Source: Bdellovibrionota bacterium
GTDB lineage: Bacteria > Bdellovibrionota_C > UBA2361 > OMIW01
DNA: 11,173 bases
NCBI GenBank assembly: GCA_044345055.1
Contig: JBIJBT010000083.1
Span: 1 to 11,173, forward strand
Reading direction: 5' to 3'
Both the position numbers and the translations under genes were made by a program. Each line of letters starts with the position of its first letter. Position 1 is the first letter of the stretch. Positions 1-7,414 of the stretch are shown one piece after another. The notes under the pieces were generated by a model, which was given only the letters and a program-made list of their open reading frames with translations, did not search any database and had not been told where the DNA came from.

Positions 1-885
1 AGAAAACTGACTGAGCATGGCGGCGTTGTTGGAACAATAGATTACGTTGCGCCCGAGTATCTCCTTAGCTCGCAGATTGATGGTCGCGGCGATATCTACG
101 CTCTTGGAATTCTCGGTTACGAGATGATCGCGGGAGAATCACCTTTCAAAGGTGATTCGATTTACGACACGATGTGGAAGCGAATCAAATATGATCCGCC
201 ACCACCAAGTCAGATTCGGCCAGAATGCCCACCTTCGCTTGACGCAATTATCCTGAAAGCGATGGCTCGGACACCCGAGGAACGTTTTCAAACCGCCCAG
301 GCGATGTATGACAAGCTTGTCAGTCTGGAAGGAGTTGTGGCTGGTGAAGAACGAATATTTGTACCTTTGGCTTCAACACCGAGCCTTTCCGATAAAAAGC
401 CGATAGATTTTCCTAACGATGAGGAGCTAGAAAATTCTGAGATTTATTCGCCGCAGGATTCCCCGAAAGAATCGGCGAAATCAGAGGCGTTTACCGTATC
501 CGGAAAAGGCCGAGCAGTCACACCTCAGCGCATTGAGAGGCCGATTGGGAGGCCAGATCCGTGGATGGAATCCTCTCTGTCGAAAAACCCACCGAAGCCT
601 ACCACCTCTGAAGCATTAGGATCGATTAAGCGAGCCTTGGGTGAGCATCACAAAGATTCACCGATTTTTCGACCGCCAGTAAGGCAGCAGTTGCCTGCTC
701 GCGTAGTGGGAAAAGCTGCGAGAGATGATTCGGCGGATAACCCCAATAGTGAGCCATATTTTTTACGCTATCGAAATATATCGGTCACCTCGGATGATGT
801 ACTGCTGCTCGTTTTGACGATGGGGGTGGTTGTGGGTATAGGTCTTTTTTTTCAGGCTTTTGGTTTCTATGCTCCTGGACGCTAG
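1..885 (+). CDS. Hanks-type Ser/Thr protein kinase (PknB-like), 5'-truncated by the window; Pro/Ser-rich linker and C-terminal transmembrane helix
   Basis: Frame 1 is open from base 1, upstream of the track's ATG at 124: RKLTEHGGVVGTIDYVAPEYLLSSQIDGRGDIYALGILGYEMIAGESPF...LDAIILKAMARTPEERF. This covers the activation loop and subdomains VIII (GT.DY.APE), IX (DIYALG) and XI (P..R). A hydrophobic stretch VLLLVLTMGVVVGIGLFFQAFGFY lies at ~799-870; stop TAG 883-885. The catalytic HRD/DFG motifs are outside the window. Confidence 0.93.
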   Translation, partial: RKLTEHGGVVGTIDYVAPEYLLSSQIDGRGDIYALGILGYEMIAGESPFKGDSIYDTMWKRIKYDPPPPSQIRPECPPSLDAIILKAMARTPEERFQTAQAMYDKLVSLEGVVAGEERIFVPLASTPSLSDKKPIDFPNDEELENSEIYSPQDSPKESAKSEAFTVSGKGRAVTPQRIERPIGRPDPWMESSLSKNPPKPTTSEALGSIKRALGEHHKDSPIFRPPVRQQLPARVVGKAARDDSADNPNSEPYFLRYRNISVTSDDVLLLVLTMGVVVGIGLFFQAFGFYAPGR

Positions 886-1042
886 TATTTGAACAAATAT
901 TTGGAGGTCGAATACGAGATATTTGTGTTGTTGATTGAAATTGGTTTAGCAATAAAAGACTCTTAGTTTTATGAGTCAAAGAAGTTGTTTAGGGCGGGAA
1001 TTGAATGATCAAAATAGCGAAATCGATTGAAGGAGTGTCACC

Positions 1043-2299
1043 ATGAAAGTAATGGTTATCGACAATTCGAGCGAAAATCAGGTGAAGTGTGCCCGCCGTG
1101 TTGAGGCAATAAGTGAACGGGATAAAGAGATCCTGGATTTGCAAATTAAGGTTGTTAACGAAAAGGAATACGAGGAGAGGATTGATCAAGCGGATGTGTT
1201 GATCTTGGGCTCAGGTCTTGGTAGTTCAGCGATTACCATTACCAGGAGGGCTCGAGCAAAGTTTCCCTGGATAAATGTGATCATGTATGTCACCGAGCAG
1301 GCTTATGCGGATGGGGCTTTTCGCTCGGTTCATTCAGAGGGTGTCAGAAAAGCCCTTGCAGATAACTCGAGTCCGATAGATTTGCTCCAGGAACTTATCG
1401 CGATTCACGCTGATTTTAAGAGGGATGGGAGAGCGCGAGATGGGCGTGTGATTGTCGTTTGTCACGCAAAAGGTGGTGTAGGTGCGACATCAATCGTCGC
1501 GGGATTGGCGGAGGTGTTCAGCTCGTTTAATAGGCGAACTTTGTTGTGGGATCTCGATACGGCATCGCGCGACCTTAGTCGTTCTCTAGCGGTAACAGGT
1601 GCAGAGAGTCGCATCATTAGTGAATGGGTTAATGGAGGGCGAGAAATAAATCGTGACTCTGTTCGTGAAGCGGTGATACCGATTTCTGACGGGGCATCAG
1701 TTCTTATTCCGCCGGATGGAATAGCAGAGTCAATTGACCTAGTTTGTCACACTGATGGAATGTTGATAGCTGAGCGAATCATTGAGGTAACGTCTAACCT
1801 ATTCGATACAATTATCGTTGATACGGCCGGTCATTTAGGTCCAGCAATGGGGGCTTTGTTGCGAGCGGCGGATCAGGTCGTGGTGGTCATCGATGACGGA
1901 GCTCTAGGATTAACTGCAGTAGATCTATTTCTTGACTTTGTTAAGGCACTTGTAGGTAGTACGGATAAAATAACACTGCTGGTTAATTCCTACACCGGAA
2001 ATCACTCAAAGGTCTCTCAGCTTGCATATCAGCTCGAGCCGAGTCATAAGTTAGGAGGCGCTGCCTGGCGTCTGCCGCCGGTGCCGTATGAGCCGAAAGC
2101 GGCTTTGTGGCCAGCAACTGGCCGAACTCTTTATAGCCTTGGCACGCAAGATCTTCGCAATGCTCTTGTTGAGATCGCGGTGGAGCTAGGGGTTGTGAAT
2201 AAAAACCAGATTACTGCCGGACCGGGGTTGGATGCCATACCTTCCGGGAGGTGGTACCAGAGATTTTTGGGAAGGAAAGGGGGGGCATTGTCAATTTGA
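1043..2299 (+). CDS. cpaE: CpaE/TadZ-like pilus localisation protein (atypical receiver domain + ParA/MinD-family ATPase domain)
   Basis: N-terminal REC-like fold (KVMVIDN...ADVLILG); deviant Walker A HAKGGVGATS (1463-1492); LLWDLD; FDTIIVDT; ADQVVVV; LLVN; C-terminal amphipathic GRWYQRFLG. SD-like GAAGGAG at 1029-1035. Tad gene context. Confidence 0.85.
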   Translation: MKVMVIDNSSENQVKCARRVEAISERDKEILDLQIKVVNEKEYEERIDQADVLILGSGLGSSAITITRRARAKFPWINVIMYVTEQAYADGAFRSVHSEGVRKALADNSSPIDLLQELIAIHADFKRDGRARDGRVIVVCHAKGGVGATSIVAGLAEVFSSFNRRTLLWDLDTASRDLSRSLAVTGAESRIISEWVNGGREINRDSVREAVIPISDGASVLIPPDGIAESIDLVCHTDGMLIAERIIEVTSNLFDTIIVDTAGHLGPAMGALLRAADQVVVVIDDGALGLTAVDLFLDFVKALVGSTDKITLLVNSYTGNHSKVSQLAYQLEPSHKLGGAAWRLPPVPYEPKAALWPATGRTLYSLGTQDLRNALVEIAVELGVVNKNQITAGPGLDAIPSGRWYQRFLGRKGGALSI

Positions 2300-2506
2300 T
2301 TCGTTAACTCGGGACCTGATGACGGTGATGGAATATGCAACGGTTTTTTGTTAAAGTCTGGGATAGGTTAAAAAATTTGATTTCGGCGGTTTTTATCCGC
2401 GTCATTTTGGAAAGACTGTGGATTGAATCGATAAATAACGGTATAAATCTCAAGGAATTTGGCATAACTATCCGGGAAAAATTGCTAAAGGGTTGCTAGG
2501 GAATGG

Positions 2507-2525
2507 TCGACCCCTTAAGGGTCGA
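2507..2525. promoter_or_regulatory. Perfect 7-bp inverted repeat upstream of cpaB (operator or RNA hairpin)
   Basis: TCGACCC-CTTAA-GGGTCGA. There is no U-tract on either side, so it is not a classic intrinsic terminator. Confidence 0.3.
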
Positions 2526-2600
2526 GGTGGTAAGTTGTAACGTTGTAAACAGTCAGAGCCCTCAAAAAAATGGGGGAACGGCTTTCGGGTGGGAAAAATC

Positions 2601-3494
2601 ATGGAAAGGCGATCGGGAAGTTCGGCAATATTTCGACCGAAGCAGAGCCAGAACCGTACTATAATGCTTGCGGTGGGTGGGGGATGCCTGGTTCTAGGGT
2701 TGGCGATAGTCCTTCTCTCGGGTGGAGAGTCCGGTAAAGAGCAACGAGATCCGACTGTGATTGTCCAATCAGCCCCAGAGATCGAGTTAGTCGATGTACT
2801 AGTTCCGGTGAGGCCAATCGAGACTGGAACAGAGTTCATGCCAGATATGTTTAGGGTGGAGCAGAAACCCCGAGTTAGCCTCCCGTCAGGGACAATATCC
2901 CGATTTGAACAGATTAGGGGTCAGTTCGCTCGGGACCGTATCATGACGGAAATACCGATGAGCGACCAACAAATTATGAGTGTCAGGCCAGTTACAGCTA
3001 TCTCCAAAAAGATACCTGAGGGCTTTCGAGCGGTAACAATTCCGGTTGACCAGACGACGGGGGTTGAGGGCTGGGCAAAGCCTGGAGTTAAGGTTGATAT
3101 CTCTTGGACATCCAATAAATCAGGAGAGAGTCTGGTAACGACGATCGTCTACAACGCCGAGGTTCTTTCAGCCGGTGGAAATCCGGCTGCTAATCCGAAT
3201 GAACCGGCCGGCCAGGTTTCCACTGTGACACTCCTTGTGTCAGACTCTGACGCATCTAAGATACATCTCGCTCAAACTGCAGGTAAGCTCTCACTCTCAC
3301 TTCGAGGTGATACCGATTCTACCGGACCAAGGGGTCCGGGGGGAGTGCTCACTATTGAAGACCTTTACGGACGGTCGGTGAAATCTATCCCAGCGGTTCG
3401 TAAACGTCTCGGATGTGTCAAAGTCAGACGGCCGGAAGGTGGTTACGATGAGATGTGTCTCGGTGATGAGGGTAATTTGGAGCCTGTTGAATGA
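2601..3494 (+). CDS. cpaB: Flp pilus assembly protein CpaB/RcpC (N-terminal TM, SAF domain, RcpC domain)
   Basis: TM segment IMLAVGGGCLVLGLAIVLL; SAF-like VLVPVRPIETG; signature IPEGFRAVTIPVDQTTGVEGWAKPGVKVDI; TVTLLVSDSDASKIHLAQTAGKLSLSLR. The start is either ATG 2601 or GTG 2589 (the track's choice). Confidence 0.93.
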   Translation: MERRSGSSAIFRPKQSQNRTIMLAVGGGCLVLGLAIVLLSGGESGKEQRDPTVIVQSAPEIELVDVLVPVRPIETGTEFMPDMFRVEQKPRVSLPSGTISRFEQIRGQFARDRIMTEIPMSDQQIMSVRPVTAISKKIPEGFRAVTIPVDQTTGVEGWAKPGVKVDISWTSNKSGESLVTTIVYNAEVLSAGGNPAANPNEPAGQVSTVTLLVSDSDASKIHLAQTAGKLSLSLRGDTDSTGPRGPGGVLTIEDLYGRSVKSIPAVRKRLGCVKVRRPEGGYDEMCLGDEGNLEPVE

Positions 3495-3610
3495 CGAATA
3501 TGTTGTCCGTGAACTAATCCGAAAATTACCACGGTGCCCCGATTCTGTAAGAGGAGAGATTCGGTCGTACCACTATCGAAACTTTTGAGGTGTAGCGGAG
3601 AGCGTCGAGT

Positions 3611-5149
3611 ATGACAGGTACAGATGATAAGCAAGGTCTAATGGGACTGTTATCTTCTCGCGGTGGAGGAAGGCGTCTTGGGGTAAGATCGGATACTAAT
3701 ACCGAGGTGAAGGGTTTGTTGTCGGAACATTCGTCTCGTGAGGGAGATTCGGATATCGACGTTTCGACATCTGGAGCAGGTAAAGCAGGAGATAGTTCAA
3801 AAAGACCCTCACAGAGCGAGTCTGAGACTCGTGGGGGTGGCTTAGCTCGCACCGACATGTCAGAGCTTGCAAGTCATGTCCTCCGAGAGGCTCGTCGCGA
3901 GCTCGGTGGAGCATCGTCGTTGCGACGAGCTGAAGAGCAGGGTCGATCATTAGATGAAACCATTGCCGAGGCTGTTGATAGGGTTTTATCGCGAAGAGGT
4001 GAAAAGCTTGATGATGTCGAGAGAGTGAATGTTATTCTGGCTCTCCGTCTAGACTTAACAGGCTGGGGGGTTCTTCAGCCACTTATCGATAATCGTGAAG
4101 TCACCGATATTCACGTTTATGATTATAAGACCGTCGTACTTCAGCGAGGAAAAATTAGTGAGATTACTGGGCTTTCGTGGCCGAATCATCAGGCCTACAT
4201 ATCGTTCCTCGATAGGCTCCTTCTTCGTTTAGGGAAGTCTCTATCAACGCAACAGCACACCGTTGATGCCGCGATGCCGAATGGAATTCGTTTGTGCGCG
4301 GTTCACGAGAGTGTGTGTGGTCAACGTGGCCCCCTTCTTTGTATTCGCGTTCCCCGGTTGTCAGAGGTTCACCTTGAAAATCTCATAACGTACCAAGTTG
4401 CTCCGCCACTAATAGTGCACTATTTGGCGGCACTTGTGCGCTCGGGGCTTGTTACGATGATGATATCGGGAGAGACCGGGACCGGGAAAACGACTTTGAT
4501 GAAGTGTTTGGGGACTCAATTTGGCTCATCAGAATCGATAGTCGCGGTGGAAGATACCCCAGAAGTAAATTTCCAACACCCATATTTTCGCTCCTTAGTT
4601 TCTCGCCCTCCCAACTCAGAGGGACAGGGAGAAGTAACTCTCCAGCAGCACATTATTACGACTCTACGTATGACTCCAACACGGGTCATTCTTGGAGAGA
4701 TGAGGTCTCCATTCGCTGCTGAGGCGTTTCTTGAAAGTGCTCAGACGGGGCATGTAGGGATGGCGACAGTGCACGCTCGGAATGCTCGAGAAACACTAAC
4801 CCGTTTGGAGAGTCTATTGGGACGGGCGCAGAAATCTGTTGCTGTTGAAATTATTAGGCAGCAGATTGCATTGGCTATTGACATGGTAATCTGGCTATTT
4901 CGGGATAAGGAAACGGGACGTCCCCGAATAGGAGAAATTGTTGAGGTGGGCCATTACGTTGAGGGAATGATTCAGGTTAGGCCGATGTTTAAGATAATTA
5001 AAACGGGTCAAAATCCGATTTGGAAATTGGAATCATGGTCATCAGCTTTTGATGAGCAGCTCGCAGAGTCCGGAATACATCTGGGAAGCTGTCAGCAGGA
5101 GTTCGGATTTAGCGGTACGGGTGGACTTGGCGCTCAAAGGGGCAGGTAA
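3611..5149 (+). CDS. tadA: CpaF/TadA pilus assembly ATPase (VirB11/PilB-type secretion NTPase)
   Basis: GWGVLQPLIDNREVTDIHV (the G.G.L.PL..D..V.DI.V TadA signature), VDAAMPNGIRL, Walker A GETGTGKTT (4469-4495), Asp box VEDTPE, Walker B LRMTPTRVILGEMR, His box TGHVGMATVHA. SD-like GGAG at 3597-3600. Confidence 0.95.
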   Translation: MTGTDDKQGLMGLLSSRGGGRRLGVRSDTNTEVKGLLSEHSSREGDSDIDVSTSGAGKAGDSSKRPSQSESETRGGGLARTDMSELASHVLREARRELGGASSLRRAEEQGRSLDETIAEAVDRVLSRRGEKLDDVERVNVILALRLDLTGWGVLQPLIDNREVTDIHVYDYKTVVLQRGKISEITGLSWPNHQAYISFLDRLLLRLGKSLSTQQHTVDAAMPNGIRLCAVHESVCGQRGPLLCIRVPRLSEVHLENLITYQVAPPLIVHYLAALVRSGLVTMMISGETGTGKTTLMKCLGTQFGSSESIVAVEDTPEVNFQHPYFRSLVSRPPNSEGQGEVTLQQHIITTLRMTPTRVILGEMRSPFAAEAFLESAQTGHVGMATVHARNARETLTRLESLLGRAQKSVAVEIIRQQIALAIDMVIWLFRDKETGRPRIGEIVEVGHYVEGMIQVRPMFKIIKTGQNPIWKLESWSSAFDEQLAESGIHLGSCQQEFGFSGTGGLGAQRGR

Positions 5150-5246
5150 GAAACTAGCGTATCTACGGTTTGGTGGAGAATGCTGAGCCTTATAGCAAAC
5201 AAGCAAGACTAGGGTCGTCGGCCCTTTGGAGTAGGGAGGAACGGTT

Positions 5247-6215
5247 GTGCTGAGCTATAGTGCCGGATTGGCGTTAATATCAATTGGTGTTGGAGCTGTC
5301 GGATTGACGCTCGTGTTGGATTCAAGGTCCAAAAGGACCCGTATCGCTGAAGTCAAGGGTTTTCGTGCAACTGGTTCCGTCGGTCGAAGTTCGAGCATAG
5401 CTGGTGAATCATCTGATGTGGAGACTAATCAGGCCGTTACCCCAAGAAAACAGTTAGGCCGATTAAGTGCATTGGAACGTCGACTTAAATACGCGCATTT
5501 AAGTATAACTCCTTCACAGTTTCGAATCATTGTATTGGCGGCTATAGCTGCGATATACATCTCTCTATTGACGATTCCAAGACTCAATACGGTCATTCAT
5601 CTCATTATCGCAGTATGGGGTGGGTCGCTTCTGGTTAATTATTACATTAATCGTCGGACCAAGATTCAATTTGACGCTTTCGACAGTGATTTTGCCCCTT
5701 TTATAATGGCATTCGTTGGATTGTTGAAATCGGGAATGAACCTCATGGCGGGAATGGAGGCGGCTTCGGAGCGGTTGGGGCCTGATTCACTCCTCAGAAT
5801 GGAGGTCGTTCGTATGTTAGAGCGTCTTAGGTTTGGCGTGAATGAGGATTTCGCAATCGGCTCTTTTGCCGAGAGTGTAGATCATCCCGATATAGAGCTT
5901 TTTGTTCAGGCGATGCTGTTAAGCAAGCAGGTGGGTGGGTCGCTATCCAACACTCTTGAACGTTTGGCGCGTCAAGCGCGCAGAAGGGCGCAATTTCGAG
6001 AGCAGGCTCAGGCTGCAGTCGGTCAGCAACGTGGTTCGGTTTGGGCCATTCTCGCGATTGTAGCACTCGTCCAGACGATGTTGTATTTTCAGATGCCCGA
6101 CGTAATCCTCGCTGGATTGCGTAGCGACATCGGATTCGTTGTCTGGCAGGTAGCGTTTCTTATAGCGTGGTTTGCTGTTTGGTTAATCGGACGAATTACG
6201 AAAATTAAAGTGTAA
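5247..6215 (+). CDS. tadB: TadB inner-membrane platform protein (T2SSF family)
   Basis: N-terminal TM, two central TMs, a T2SSF-like region (LLKSGMNL...QVGGSLSNTLERLARQARRR) and two C-terminal TMs ending ITKIKV, a typical TadB end. GGAGG at 5235-5239 sits 7 nt before the GTG. Directly follows tadA. Confidence 0.9.
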   Translation: MLSYSAGLALISIGVGAVGLTLVLDSRSKRTRIAEVKGFRATGSVGRSSSIAGESSDVETNQAVTPRKQLGRLSALERRLKYAHLSITPSQFRIIVLAAIAAIYISLLTIPRLNTVIHLIIAVWGGSLLVNYYINRRTKIQFDAFDSDFAPFIMAFVGLLKSGMNLMAGMEAASERLGPDSLLRMEVVRMLERLRFGVNEDFAIGSFAESVDHPDIELFVQAMLLSKQVGGSLSNTLERLARQARRRAQFREQAQAAVGQQRGSVWAILAIVALVQTMLYFQMPDVILAGLRSDIGFVVWQVAFLIAWFAVWLIGRITKIKV

Positions 6216-6275
6216 GCTTTGGCCGGAGATAGCGTAAATTAGAGTGCTTCCCGATGAATACGCAAGAGGAAAGAC

Positions 6276-7187
6276 ATGGAATCTGGAGTATTATTTGGTA
6301 TTTTAGTTCTTGCGGGAGGGGCGGGGCTCATCGCTGCCATGAAACTCCGAGAAAAAAACCGGAATTTTAATCATTCTTCCTTTCGGGCGGGCCAAGGTTT
6401 AAATACTGCCAAGACGGCGGCGGTAGAGGATACATTTAGTTCGGAGTTAAAGAAACTTGATCAGATAGCATCGGTCAAAAAAAAGGTAACAAAGCCAACT
6501 TTCGAAGAGCTATTAGTCAGGGCTGGAGTCTTCTCCCCAGAAGAACGGTTAAAGTATGAACGAATTAAACTTTGGGGGCCACTTGGAGGAGGGCTCTTTG
6601 GACTAATCGTAGTTCACAGTCTAGTGGGTTTTTCTGGTCCTCTCGCCATACTATTTCTAGCACTTTTTACCCTAGCTGGAGTGCGAGCTAATGTAATTAT
6701 GTTGGAGTCTCGGCAAAAACGTCTTCAGCAAGAAATCCTATTTTACTTGCCTATCGTTATTGAGCAGATGGTCATAGGGGTTAGTAGTTCTTTAGATATT
6801 GGACCGTGTATTCAAAAAGTCGTCGATATGGCCTTTGAGCGGGACAAATCGAATCCCGTGGTTGACCTTTTGGATCGAGTTTTGACACGGGTCCGGGCGG
6901 GCCATTCGCTCGATGAATCTTTGACTGAGATAGCGGAGCGAATGCAGATAGCCGATTTAAAGCATGTATTCGGCGCTATAGCTCAGGTATCTCGTCATGG
7001 GGGCGAAGTAACAAAACAGCTGCAAGAGTTAGCTGATGCTGTTACAACGCAACGGGAGGTGGCGGTGGAGAGCCTCATCAAAAAATTGGAGCTTAAGGCA
7101 ACAGGTCCGGTAGCGATTGCATTTCTGGCATTTTTGGCGACGCTATTCACTGGGATAGGTTGCATGCTAGCTAATCAAGCGATGTAG
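6276..7187 (+). CDS. tadC: TadC inner-membrane platform protein (T2SSF family)
   Basis: LVRAG motif, two central TMs, RQKRLQQEILFYLP, RVRAGHSLDESL, HGGEVTKQLQELA, KLELKATGPV and a C-terminal TM. GAGG at 6266-6269 precedes the ATG. Follows tadB. Confidence 0.88.
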   Translation: MESGVLFGILVLAGGAGLIAAMKLREKNRNFNHSSFRAGQGLNTAKTAAVEDTFSSELKKLDQIASVKKKVTKPTFEELLVRAGVFSPEERLKYERIKLWGPLGGGLFGLIVVHSLVGFSGPLAILFLALFTLAGVRANVIMLESRQKRLQQEILFYLPIVIEQMVIGVSSSLDIGPCIQKVVDMAFERDKSNPVVDLLDRVLTRVRAGHSLDESLTEIAERMQIADLKHVFGAIAQVSRHGGEVTKQLQELADAVTTQREVAVESLIKKLELKATGPVAIAFLAFLATLFTGIGCMLANQAM

Positions 7188-7333
7188 TTCTGGATTTGTA
7201 CTAACTATAGAAAATAGTTTATTTATGTAATTTTTGTAATACGCCGAAGAAGTTTTTTATTAATGGTTTTACGTAAATTGGGACCGATTTTATAGTTTTC
7301 ATGGTTCGATAATCGTGAGAAAAACTCTAAGGA
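7188..7333 (+). promoter_or_regulatory. AT-rich putative promoter region upstream of sctV
   Basis: Clearly more AT-rich than the flanking CDSs. Contains the AACTAT-N5-ATAGTT palindrome (7203-7219) and TGTAAT twice (7226, 7235). No convincing -35/-10 pair was identified. Confidence 0.3.
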
Positions 7334-7414
7334 ATGATCGGTAACATGTCGGACCAGGTAGGAGGTTGTCCTGTCGTGAAATCTGACAAAAGGGTGTTCA
7401 ACGAAGGTGGCTGA

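Noticed and set aside
124..885. Track start at ATG 124 for the kinase
   Set aside because: The frame is open from base 1 and includes kinase subdomains VIII-IX upstream of 124, so the true start is outside the window.
2319..2354. MTVMEYATVFC* resembles the Flp pilin 'EYA' motif
   Set aside because: Only 11 codons, no Gly at the cleavage position and no hydrophobic helix; probably chance.
2459..2476. TTGGCATAAC... as a sigma-54 -24 element
   Set aside because: There is no GC at the required GG-N10-GC spacing (it reads CG), and the nearby TTGC motifs have no correctly spaced GG.
785..4722. Short alternative-frame ORFs (785-979, 989-1189, 2131-2340, 2468-2839, 2921-3115, 3443-3634, 3526-3858, 3696-3950, 4504-4722)
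   Set aside because: They overlap well-supported + strand genes, mostly antisense, and have no recognisable motifs; treated as shadow ORFs.
7243..7312. Sigma-28-like -10 boxes (GCCGAAGA, ACCGATTT, TTCGATAA) upstream of sctV
   Set aside because: None has a TAAA -35 element at the expected spacing.
7412..7414. Genome-wide TGA recoding (code 4/25) as the explanation for the in-frame TGA before sctV
   Set aside because: The long CDSs contain no internal TGA, and cpaE and cpaB end at plausible positions with TGA, so the standard code fits.
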